Assembly: GCA_903831815.1 (NCBI GenBank)
Contig: CAIKZC010000001.1
Span: 20,188 to 84,187, forward strand
Length of the DNA: 64,000 bases
Direction of reading: 5' to 3'
Source of the DNA: an uncultured bacterium
Lineage (GTDB): Bacteria; Patescibacteriota; Minisyncoccia; Phycocordibacterales; UBA11359
The notes beneath the pieces are model-generated. The model was not told where the DNA came from. It made no database searches and saw nothing but the letters and a program-made list of their open reading frames with translations. Positions 37,708-46,040 of this stretch are shown here, one piece after another. Numbering within the stretch: position 1 is the stretch's first letter; each line of letters starts with the position of its first letter. The position numbers were made by a program, and so were the translations under genes.

Positions 37708-39354
37708 GTGTCGATCTGATGCTGCTTTCATGAATTCGGTAAATAGCGGATGCGGGCTAAGTGGTCGTGCCAAAAATTCTGGATGAAACTGTGAACCAAG
37801 GAAGAACGGATGAATTTCACGTGGTAATTCCGCGATTTCCATGAGCTGTCCGTCCGGTGAAGTACCGGAAAAAACCAAACCGGCGGATTCTATTTGATAA
37901 ATATATTCAGGATTGACCTCATATCGATGACGGTGACGTTCAATGATCGTGTCGGTTTTATATGCTTCACGCGCGATCGTCCCCTTCTTAAGTCGCGCCG
38001 GATATGCACCAAGCCGCATTGTTCCGCCATAATTATTTTCGGCCATCAATTTTTTCTGGTCAATCATAATATCAATGACTTTGTATGGACTTTTTGGGTC
38101 AACTTCGGCCGTGTGTGCACCTTTTAGTCCGACAACATTTCGGGCGTATTCGATAACCGCGAGTTGCATGCCATAACATAAACCAAAATACGGAATTTTG
38201 TGTTCACGAGCATATTGAATCGCTTTAAGAATGCCTTCCACACCGGTCGAACCGAAACCTCCCGGCGCCAGAATGCCGTCATATTGTTCAAGTTCGCCAA
38301 TACGCTTAGCATCTTTTTCAAAAGGATGGGAACTGACATAATGCAATTTCAACTTCTTCCCCACCTTATACGCCGAATATTTTAAAGCTTCAAGAACTGA
38401 AATATAAACATCAGAAAGAACGAATTCACCTGAGTTGAAATACTTTCCAACCACCGCAATATTAACCTCATCCTTGACCGATTTGGATCTTTTAATGAAA
38501 GAACGCCAAGCCGCGCATCGCATTGGACGATTTTTTAGATCCACTTTCAAAAGACTGCACAAAATCGTGCTCAAATGATCGCGTTCAAAATTTATCGGGA
38601 TATCGTAAATACTTTCGACGTCCGGTGCGGAAATGACACACTCAGGTCGAATGTTACAGAACATCGCGATCTTATCTTTTCGTTTTTGATCGAGAGGTAC
38701 AGAAGCGCGAGCGATAATGATATCGGTCTGAATTCCGGCGCTGTTCAATGTTCTTGAAGCGTATTGCGTCGGTTTAGTCTTCATTTCTCCTATTTTGGAA
38801 GGGATTGGCAAATAACTAACCATTGTAAAAGCCACATCATCCGGTCGTTTGCTCTTTAACATACGAGCGGCTTCCAAAAAAAGCATGTTTTGATATTCAC
38901 CGATCGTGCCACCAATCTCGATTATCGTAAAATCGGCATTAGCTTTTTCGGTGGCGATTTCGATGCGACGAATAACCTCGAAAGGAATGTCCGGCACAAC
39001 CTCCACGTTTTTACCTTTATATTCCAAATTTCGCTCGCGGCGGATAACTTCCTGATAGACGCGACCAGTCGTCATGTAATTAACGCGCGAAAGAGTCACA
39101 TTCAAAAAACGCTCATAATTGCCCATATCCTGATCACATTCATCTCCGTCTTCCAAAACAAAAACCTCGCCGTGTTCGGTGGGGTTCATGGTGCCTGCGT
39201 CGACGTTAATGTATGGATCAATTTTAAGCGCGGTGACGATAAAGCCGCGAGCCTTCAAAATAGAACCGATGGATGATGCTGCGACTCCCTTTCCGACTCC
39301 GGACATAACTCCGCCAGTAACAAAAATATATTTTCGTTGTTTCTTTGACTTCAT
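37693..39354 (-). CDS. pyrG: CTP synthase
   Basis: FVTGGVMSGVGKG, KTKPTQ, GLCYGMQ, RHRHRYE, QFHPE. Confidence 0.97.
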   Translation of the reverse strand: MKSKKQRKYIFVTGGVMSGVGKGVAASSIGSILKARGFIVTALKIDPYINVDAGTMNPTEHGEVFVLEDGDECDQDMGNYERFLNVTLSRVNYMTTGRVYQEVIRRERNLEYKGKNVEVVPDIPFEVIRRIEIATEKANADFTIIEIGGTIGEYQNMLFLEAARMLKSKRPDDVAFTMVSYLPIPSKIGEMKTKPTQYASRTLNSAGIQTDIIIARASVPLDQKRKDKIAMFCNIRPECVISAPDVESIYDIPINFERDHLSTILCSLLKVDLKNRPMRCAAWRSFIKRSKSVKDEVNIAVVGKYFNSGEFVLSDVYISVLEALKYSAYKVGKKLKLHYVSSHPFEKDAKRIGELEQYDGILAPGGFGSTGVEGILKAIQYAREHKIPYFGLCYGMQLAVIEYARNVVGLKGAHTAEVDPKSPYKVIDIMIDQKKLMAENNYGGTMRLGAYPARLKKGTIAREAYKTDTIIERHRHRYEVNPEYIYQIESAGLVFSGTSPDGQLMEIAELPREIHPFFLGSQFHPEFLARPLSPHPLFTEFMKAASDRHNKAK

Positions 39355-39384
39355 ATTTTTTCAATCAGTGTTCTTGTAATTCGC

Positions 39385-40305
39385 CTAAACTTTCAAATAC
39401 CTTTTAACCGCCAAAAAACTGGAAACACCGCCAATCAACACTCCCGAACCAAGCAAAAGAACAAAAATTTCACCGAAATGTCGCAAATAATATTGCAACA
39501 GATCTATTCCGGCAAAAGCCAAAGTGAAATTATGGGTGTAGTACATGATCGGATACAAGACGATTACGGTGAATAGCGCGGCCACCAAACCGTACATGAC
39601 TCCGGTTACAACAAAAGGACCGCGAACAAACATGTTGCTGGCACCGACTAGTTTCATCACGGAAATTTCTTCACGTGACATATAAATGACCAGACGAATA
39701 GTATTGAAAGTAATCAGGATCGAAAGCAAAACCAAAAGAAGCGTTACAACAAAACCAAGCTCCTGACTTGATGCAATGATGGCGGTCAAACGATCGATAG
39801 CCACTTTATTTTTGGCATAATTAACGCTCTCTACGATCGGAGTTCCGTCTCGGGAAATAAAATTTTTACCTTGCAGAAAGCCGGCGATGCTTTCATATTG
39901 CGAAGGATCCTGCGCTTTGATGTTTAAGACTGCACCGAGAGGATTTTTATCGAGTTCGGACAATGCCTGCAAAGTTGATTGATCGTTCACGTGACGGTCC
40001 TTGAAATCTTGCAAAGCCTGATCGCTCGAAACATAATCGACACTTTTTACTTCAGGCATAGCTTGAAGGGTTTTTTGCAGAGACAAGATATCGGACTCTT
40101 GAGCGGTCGTAACAAAATAAACATTGATATCCACCTTATCCTTAATCTGATTGAGAGCAGAAGTCAGTAGAGCACCAACAAAAAGGACCGAACTGATGAC
40201 AAAAAGCGCAATAATCATCATCAAAACCGCAGAAAGAGAAATGCTACCGTTTCGCCAGAAATTCACAAAACCTGATTGTATGACTCTTTTTGTTTTAGCC
40301 CACAT
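39385..40305 (-). CDS. ftsX: Cell division permease FtsX
   Basis: 4-TM architecture, NTIRL..REEISVMKLVGA; downstream of ftsE. Confidence 0.92.
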   Translation of the reverse strand: MWAKTKRVIQSGFVNFWRNGSISLSAVLMMIIALFVISSVLFVGALLTSALNQIKDKVDINVYFVTTAQESDILSLQKTLQAMPEVKSVDYVSSDQALQDFKDRHVNDQSTLQALSELDKNPLGAVLNIKAQDPSQYESIAGFLQGKNFISRDGTPIVESVNYAKNKVAIDRLTAIIASSQELGFVVTLLLVLLSILITFNTIRLVIYMSREEISVMKLVGASNMFVRGPFVVTGVMYGLVAALFTVIVLYPIMYYTHNFTLAFAGIDLLQYYLRHFGEIFVLLLGSGVLIGGVSSFLAVKRYLKV

Positions 40306-40326
40306 ATTGTTTATTTTATCACGAAA

Positions 40327-41007
40327 TTATAAGTTGTACTTGCCTTCCTTATCATCACGAATTATCTTGCCGTTTTCCATGGTAATGACGCGGCGTTTCA
40401 AAGAATCGATGACGCCTTTATTGTGAGTAGTTAAAATGACAGTAGTTCCAAGATCGTTGATCTTTTTTAAAATTTGAACGATCTCATAAGTGTTCATTGG
40501 ATCGAGATTTCCGGTAGGTTCGTCTGCAATAATGATATCCGGCTGGGTAACGATTGCTCTCGCAATAGCGACGCGTTGTTTTTCTCCACCGGAAAGTTCG
40601 TGAGGAAAATTCCAGATCTTTTTACTGAGGTCAACGAGTTCCAAAACATGAGGAACATCAGTTTCGATTTCGGATTGCGGACAACCAGCCGCCTCCATCG
40701 CAAACGCAATATTTTCATACACGTTTTTCTTGCTGAGCAACCTAAAATCTTGAAATATCGCGCCCATTCGGCGGCGCAACATATTGAGCTCCCCTCTTTT
40801 AACTTTATGAATGTTGGTCGATCCAAAAAAGACCTTGCCGGATGTCGGCTCCTCCTCGGCCATTAACATTTTGAGCAAAGTTGTTTTACCCGCCCCGGAA
40901 TGACCAACTATGGAAACAAATTCTTTTGGTTCGATGGAAAAAGTCACTTCATCCAGAGCTTTTGAGTCATCCGCGTATATTTTGGTAACCTTATCAAAAT
41001 GGATCAT
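40327..41007 (-). CDS. ftsE: Cell division ATP-binding protein FtsE
   Basis: [24 protein letters not shown]. Confidence 0.93.
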   Translation of the reverse strand: MIHFDKVTKIYADDSKALDEVTFSIEPKEFVSIVGHSGAGKTTLLKMLMAEEEPTSGKVFFGSTNIHKVKRGELNMLRRRMGAIFQDFRLLSKKNVYENIAFAMEAAGCPQSEIETDVPHVLELVDLSKKIWNFPHELSGGEKQRVAIARAIVTQPDIIIADEPTGNLDPMNTYEIVQILKKINDLGTTVILTTHNKGVIDSLKRRVITMENGKIIRDDKEGKYNL

Positions 41008-41033
41008 ATTTATTGATTATAGCACAAAGAGAA

Positions 41034-41144
41034 AAGCACTGAAAACACTCTTTTAAGGGCACAGGTAAATTTCCTGCTGGAAATTTCCTTCACACTCCGC
41101 CCGTCGGCGTCCGTGAGTCCCTTAAAAGAGTGTTTTCAGTGCTT
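41034..41144. repeat. Perfect 26-bp inverted repeat with a 59-nt structured loop, directly after prfB
   Basis: AAGCACTGAAAACACTCTTTTAAGGG ... CCCTTAAAAGAGTGTTTTCAGTGCTT; inner AAATTTCC-TGCT-GGAAATTT. Confidence 0.85.
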
Positions 41145-42056
41145 CTATAGTTTTTTCTCGGCTTCAATGAATTCGTCTAAATAACCGTCAAAAACTTTGT
41201 CGGGGTTGGAGGTTTCAACATTGGTGCGCAGATCTTTGACCATTTTGTACGGATGAATCACATATGAGCGAATCTGATTCCCCCATTCAATGTCGGTGGT
41301 TTTACTCACATACATGCCACTTTCGGCACTTTTGCGCGCTTCTTCCTCTCGTTTAAAAAGTTTTCCACGCAACATAGCGAGAGCCTTCTCTTTATTCTGA
41401 GCTTGAGAGCGCTCAGACTCCACATGCACCGCAATTTTCGTTGGAATATGTACCAATCGCACCGAAGTCTCTCGCTTGTTCACATTTTGCCCGCCCGGAC
41501 CACTAGAGCGAGCATACCCTATTTCAATATCAGTTTCCGGAATAACAAAATCTGCCGCCGATGATGCCGTATCAAATCTCGGCACAACTTCAACGAGCGA
41601 AAAAGAGGTGTGACGCTGATCCTTGGAATTAAAAGGCGAAATGCGCACGAGCCGGTGCACGCCGGATTCGTTTTTTAACATTCCGTAAGCATTTTTGCCA
41701 TTTATTTCAAAAGCGATATTGCGATAACCGCCGTGATCATTCTTGTGCTCGTGCAACATGTAAATATTCCAACCTTGTCGAGCTGCATACTTTCGATACA
41801 TTTCAAAAAGCATTCGTGAAAAGTCCTCAGCATCATCTCCACCGGCGCCGGAAAAGATCGTGAAAATAGCATCACCCTTGTCGTATTTTTCGGCGCCCAA
41901 AATTTCGTCTTTAAGTTGCGAAATTTCCCGCAACACCGCCTGCGCCGCTGTTTTGTCAGTCCAAAAATCCGCCGCGCCCATCCGCTCTTCCAGTTCACGA
42001 AGCTGTGCCTGCTTGTCTTCCTTTCCTCCTGTATTTTTCGGGTTAATTTCGACCAT
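41145..42056 (-). CDS. prfB: Peptide chain release factor 2 (short form, no programmed frameshift seen)
   Basis: GVHRLVRISPF (SPF motif), GPGGQNVNK, WGNQIRSYV; N-terminal domain shortened. Confidence 0.9.
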   Translation of the reverse strand: MVEINPKNTGGKEDKQAQLRELEERMGAADFWTDKTAAQAVLREISQLKDEILGAEKYDKGDAIFTIFSGAGGDDAEDFSRMLFEMYRKYAARQGWNIYMLHEHKNDHGGYRNIAFEINGKNAYGMLKNESGVHRLVRISPFNSKDQRHTSFSLVEVVPRFDTASSAADFVIPETDIEIGYARSSGPGGQNVNKRETSVRLVHIPTKIAVHVESERSQAQNKEKALAMLRGKLFKREEEARKSAESGMYVSKTTDIEWGNQIRSYVIHPYKMVKDLRTNVETSNPDKVFDGYLDEFIEAEKKL

Positions 42057-42099
42057 ATATGCAAGTATACCAAAAATAGTCAGTAAATAAAAAAGCATA

Positions 42100-42454
42100 A
42101 AAAAAACCGCTAGGATCCTCGGTAGGCCAAGTGCCTATACGAGACTATGAGCGCGGTGTGTGTGCAAGACTCCATCATGAGACGAACGGGCCACGGACCT
42201 ATGCCGGACCGATTACACCATACTCGGTGAAAGGTTTGTAGTTCAGCACTACCAACCTTGTTCATGGGAATCACGCGCTATCCTAGCGATCGCTCAGTAC
42301 CGATCAAGCGGTTGTTTGGGTGTAGGTCGAAGTCGTCCCGCGACCAGTCAGACCAAACCTGAACTTCAACGAAATCGTTGTTTTACCATCTCTTACCTCG
42401 AGGACAGAGACGGACTTATGCGACACATCCGTTGCAAACGTGCCACAACGATGC
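42100..42454 (-). ncRNA. Candidate large structured noncoding RNA of unknown family
   Basis: Extended -10 (TG-A-TAGTCT) upstream; many complementary segments; 9-bp long-range pair CGCTAGGAT/ATCCTAGCG followed by a U-tract. Confidence 0.5.
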
Positions 42455-42491
42455 TTTTAGACTATCACAATGCTTTTTTTTAGCAACTTTT

Positions 42492-42565
42492 TGGAGCCGA
42501 AGGTGGGAATCGAACCCACGTTCCCGCTTTACGAAAGCGGTGTTCTGCCACTGAACTATCTCGGC
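42492..42565 (-). tRNA. tRNA-Thr(CGT)
   Basis: GCCGAGA acceptor, CCGCT-TTCGTAA-AGCGG, GTTCGATTC, encoded CCA. Confidence 0.93.
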
Positions 42566-42589
42566 AAAAACAACGTAAAAACTTCTCTC

Positions 42590-42855
42590 TGGAGCCGTTG
42601 ACCGGGATTGAACCGGTGACCTCGTCATTCACTTCTACCTCCATTTCGCCAAATTGGCTTATAAAAGGGTTAGACTGTATCTTACGCATACCTTTCGGTT
42701 TAGCGCCCCTTGTCAGTCGTTCGGGCGAAACTATCGCCACGGTCTTACCCACACTTGTGGACTTTAACCGTAATTCGGGCTTCATCATTTCGTTTCCAAA
42801 ATGAAGGGCTATTTAATTAACCAATGACGTGCTCTACCAACTGAGCTACAACGGC
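42590..42855 (-). tRNA. tRNA-Thr(GGT) interrupted by a group I intron (exons 42820-42855 and 42590-42629)
   Basis: Joined exons give GCCGTTG/CAACGGC acceptor, CGTCA-TTGGT|AA-TGACG anticodon arm, GGTTCAATCC T-arm and CCA. Confidence 0.9.
42630..42819 (-). ncRNA. Group I intron, 190 nt, no ORF, inserted after U36
   Basis: Exon ends in U and intron ends in G; P1 GGU|UA..UAGCC with the U.G splice-site pair; P7 GACUG/CAGUC within AAGAUACAGUC; P4 UACGGU/ACCGUG; GAAA tetraloops. Confidence 0.88.
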
Positions 42856-42920
42856 GTGTTGGTTTTTAAACATTACTATATTCCGGCCATACAATCAAAC
42901 CGCAAAAAATGCGAAGCCAG

Positions 42921-43925
42921 CTACTCCTTCAGGTCCGGATAAATCGAGCCGATAGTTTCAACAACTTTTTTGACCGCTTCATTGAGAGAAGTTTTTAAAG
43001 TTGCCCCAGACGCATCTTTGTGTCCCCCGCCACCGAGAGCGGCGGCAATTTTAGAAACGTCATATTTTCCTGAATCACGTGTTCGGAAACTTGCTTTTAC
43101 TTTGTTCGGTTCATCCTCAACCATTTTCACGCCAATTTCCCAGCCAATCACAGATTTTAAAGTGTTGGCAATGCCAACAAAAATTTCTTCTTTCTTAATT
43201 TTTTTCTCTTGCAAAGCGTCATAAGAAACAGCGGAAATCGCGACACTATTGTGACAATGTAATGTTACGGAGCTCAAAGCCAATGCTTCAAAAGCAATTA
43301 CTCCGGGAGTATTACTGTTGTCCATATAAGAAAGAGTGGAAGTGAAATCTGGCGCAATCTTGGCCAAATCCGCAGCGGATGCCAGAGTGCTGCTCTTAGT
43401 ATTTTGAAAACTAAAACCTCCCGTATCAGAATACATTCCAAGCATCAAACATTTGGCAATTTCCGGTGTAATCGCAACATTCCATGCGACAAAAAGATCA
43501 TACAAAACCTGACAAGTCGCCGGATAGGTTGCTTCAACCAAATTTATCTCTGCGAAATTTTTGTTGGTTATATGGTGGTCAATATTAATGGTTTTTAGAG
43601 AGGCAGGAAAAACCACGGGGGCAATGCAAGAAATTCGATCGAGACTAGCACTATCTTGAATGATAAAAAGATCAAATTGAGCGAGATCTATCTCAAAAAA
43701 ATTCTTCGGCAGAATTTTTTTGATTCCCGGCAAAATGGCAAACCCCTGCGAAATCTCCGAATCACCTCGAATAACCGTCACCTTTTTATCCATCCCTTCC
43801 AAAACATGCATCATCGCTAGCGCACCACCAACACTATCAGCATCCGCGCTTGGATGACAATGCAGCAAAATATTTTGCGCTTTTTTAATTTCCTCTAAAA
43901 TCTGAGGGGCTAATTTTTCAATCAT
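42921..43925 (-). CDS. DHH/DHHA1 phosphoesterase (NrnA-like)
   Basis: H..AD.DS.G, IDHH, SDTGGF, GGGGH; start at MIEK, because the longer ORF overlaps tRNA-Asp. Confidence 0.92.
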   Translation of the reverse strand: MIEKLAPQILEEIKKAQNILLHCHPSADADSVGGALAMMHVLEGMDKKVTVIRGDSEISQGFAILPGIKKILPKNFFEIDLAQFDLFIIQDSASLDRISCIAPVVFPASLKTINIDHHITNKNFAEINLVEATYPATCQVLYDLFVAWNVAITPEIAKCLMLGMYSDTGGFSFQNTKSSTLASAADLAKIAPDFTSTLSYMDNSNTPGVIAFEALALSSVTLHCHNSVAISAVSYDALQEKKIKKEEIFVGIANTLKSVIGWEIGVKMVEDEPNKVKASFRTRDSGKYDVSKIAAALGGGGHKDASGATLKTSLNEAVKKVVETIGSIYPDLKE

Positions 43926-43932
43926 TTTAATG

Positions 43933-44006
43933 CGCGCCCGGCCGGACTCGAACCGGTGACCTATCCCGTGACAGGGGATTGTTCTAGCCAACTGAACTAC
44001 GGGCGC
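43933..44006 (-). tRNA. tRNA-Asp(GTC)
   Basis: GCGCCCG/CGGGCGC acceptor, ATCCC-CTGTCAC-GGGAT, GGTTCGAGTCC. Confidence 0.93.
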
Positions 44007-44659
44007 ATTTTTATGAACTTATCGAAAACAAGCTTCTTCCTAGGCAAATACAGCTTGTGAAGCTTATTATACATAATTTTGTATAATTTCAAAGAGTCCA
44101 GAGTACTAAAGCTTAATCTGCTACAATTTTTTGCTTTTACCTTATAAATATATCCACCCAATAAACCTTGTTTTTTGAGACAAAAAAGTAGACTTTTCAG
44201 AAAATCATAACTACAACTAGTAAAAGAAGATTGAATAACATGTGTAGGAGTTTTTCTTTTTTTATTCAGAAAACCGACCCAAACATTTCCGTCACCATCA
44301 AAATAGCCTCGAATAAAATCTCCAGCGTATTCTATAGGAATATGAGGCAATTCCATACGTTTTGCCTTATTCATAATCAACCCAAGAGCCAAAAGATCAG
44401 CAAACAGCTCCTTGCTGCCAATTTGTATATTGTAACAATAACCAGTTTCTGAAACTCGTTTTGCTATTTTGTGATTTGACCCGATTGAAAAACGAATCGA
44501 GCGAATCAATTGGTAGTCTTTTGTATAAATTGAAGTAAAATGCGTCCCTCTTTTTGTTTTAATGATATTTCCATCGGCAAACAAAAAGCCCAAGATATAC
44601 GCCATATCTGATGACCACGTTTTAAAAAAGTTTTTGTTGTATTTTTTATATATTGGCAC
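43997..44659 (-). CDS. Free-standing double-motif LAGLIDADG homing endonuclease-like protein
   Basis: AYILGFLFADGN and FIRGYFDGDGN motifs; stop codon lies inside the tRNA-Asp 5' end; low GC. Confidence 0.88.
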   Translation of the reverse strand: MPIYKKYNKNFFKTWSSDMAYILGFLFADGNIIKTKRGTHFTSIYTKDYQLIRSIRFSIGSNHKIAKRVSETGYCYNIQIGSKELFADLLALGLIMNKAKRMELPHIPIEYAGDFIRGYFDGDGNVWVGFLNKKRKTPTHVIQSSFTSCSYDFLKSLLFCLKKQGLLGGYIYKVKAKNCSRLSFSTLDSLKLYKIMYNKLHKLYLPRKKLVFDKFIKMRP

Positions 44660-44744
44660 GTGACAGTATTATACACTAAACATAATATAAAAAAGGAGGG
44701 CCGCGCATTTACGACCCCCACACATAACCCGCTAAACATCATCC

Positions 44745-44933
44745 TCACCTTCTGCGTCCAATAGTGTGCAAAGAGCCGCCTCGCATCTTCATGCAACGCG
44801 CCTCATCAGGTCCGGAATGTCGAATTTGCGACCTTTCGGAATCAACGTAAATCTGACTCATGACACGCGCGGCATACTGCGCACCACGAGACCGCACAAC
44901 AGGAGACCGCCCACCTCGAGATTTTGTGGCCAT
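44745..44933 (-). CDS. Small Arg/Gly-rich hypothetical protein (62 aa)
   Basis: Strong SD GGAGGT 6 nt before the ATG of MATKSRGG...; hairpin plus U-tract downstream. Confidence 0.4.
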   Translation of the reverse strand: MATKSRGGRSPVVRSRGAQYAARVMSQIYVDSERSQIRHSGPDEARCMKMRGGSLHTIGRRR

Positions 44934-45077
44934 TTTGCCACCTCCAGAAATGTACTCTACCAAAGCTTTCCGTGAACCCATACACACAGAACGTCCATGC
45001 GTACATGTCTTCGCTTTGGCGTTATCCACCTATAGTCTATTACTATTGACAGATTTGTCAAAGTTTAATAAATGTTG

Positions 45078-45148
45078 TGTCGACGAATGGAATCGGACCA
45101 TTGTTTGAGGCTTATGAGTCCCCCGTTCTACCATTGAACTACGCCGAC
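45078..45148 (-). tRNA. tRNA with CAT anticodon (elongator Met or Ile2)
   Basis: GTCGGCG/CGTCGAC acceptor, CTCATAA loop; atypical TCCG T-loop. Confidence 0.8.
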
Positions 45149-45185
45149 AATACTACCACAAATGCCCTTGCGGGCATTTTACTTG

Positions 45186-45257
45186 TTGCGGGGGACGGAA
45201 TTGCACCGTCGATCTACAGGTTATGAGCCTGTCGAGATACTACTTCTCCACCCCGCG
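45186..45257 (-). tRNA. Initiator tRNA-fMet(CAT)
   Basis: CGCGGGG 5' end with C1:A72 mismatch, CTCATAA loop. Confidence 0.9.
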
Positions 45258-45311
45258 ATCTATAATGTTCGGTATTGTACACTAAAATAAACGTCTAAGC
45301 AAATCGAAGAA

Positions 45312-46007
45312 TTAGACGTAATTGAATTCGTTGAAAACCATTTCGTAGAGACCAATCACACGTTTTGATTCGCGCTGAGAAAGAACAAAATTAGAACCTT
45401 CGTGAGCAATAGCGTTACGAATCTTGTGACCTTCCCACGCAGCATCAAGAGTTTTAAAATCCCCTTTCGCAGCATTTTTTAAACGATCTCCGAGAGTTTC
45501 ACCCATATAACCGAGAGATTGCACCAAATCATCAAGCAAAACATCAGCTTCAAGAATCGATAGTCTCCATTCGGCCGGATTTTGGGAATTAACATGAGTC
45601 TGAATTTGTCGCCATTTTTGATTTTGCATCGAAGGTAATTTTTCTTCAACGGCAACAATTTTACTCTTTTTCTTTTCCTCAACTTTTAGTTCATGGGTTA
45701 ACCAAGCCACCCAAAGAATGGCCAAAAATGTGACTATACAAAAGATGGTTGCAATCATTATGTAAATAGATACGCTGACTTGAATGAAGTGAAGTAAATT
45801 GGCAAACCAACCGTTTGGTCCGCCTGTCAACATTTCAAATTGAGTATTTGAAATTCCACTGCCACCATTGTTTGAAAAGAAAAAATTGCTAGTCTGTGCT
45901 ACAAAAACTAGTGCCAAAAAAGCCACGAAAATTGTTATCAAAATTTCTTCGGCCGTTTTTCCCGCCGAACCCTTTTTGTCGTCTTTTTTTCCTTTTTTTT
46001 CGTCCAT
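45312..46007 (-). CDS. Conserved CPR-type membrane protein
   Basis: Two TM helices, then W..I..H..S.NPAEWRLSILEAD..GETLGDRLK..AWEGHKIRNAIAH. Confidence 0.75.
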   Translation of the reverse strand: MDEKKGKKDDKKGSAGKTAEEILITIFVAFLALVFVAQTSNFFFSNNGGSGISNTQFEMLTGGPNGWFANLLHFIQVSVSIYIMIATIFCIVTFLAILWVAWLTHELKVEEKKKSKIVAVEEKLPSMQNQKWRQIQTHVNSQNPAEWRLSILEADVLLDDLVQSLGYMGETLGDRLKNAAKGDFKTLDAAWEGHKIRNAIAHEGSNFVLSQRESKRVIGLYEMVFNEFNYV

Positions 46008-46040
46008 AATTACTACTTATTGTACAATATTTAATAAATT

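Noticed and set aside
42100-42454. RNase P RNA, tmRNA or SRP RNA
   Set aside because: ACAGAGACGGACTTAT on + loosely resembles the RNase P 3' end, but I found no GAGGAAAGUC partner, no tRNA-like ends or tag frame, and no SRP helix-8 motif.
42416-42804. ORFs of 68-102 aa across the tRNA-Thr genes
   Set aside because: They overlap two tRNAs and the group I intron, so they are spurious.
42590-42855. Reading the split tRNA as tRNA-His(GTG) with an intron after U33
   Set aside because: The intron would end in A rather than G, the P1 U.G pair supports cleavage after U36, and the acceptor stem is Thr-like.
43926-43991. N-terminal extension of the DHH protein (MARTIPCHG...)
   Set aside because: It is translated tRNA-Asp sequence; the real start is at 43925.
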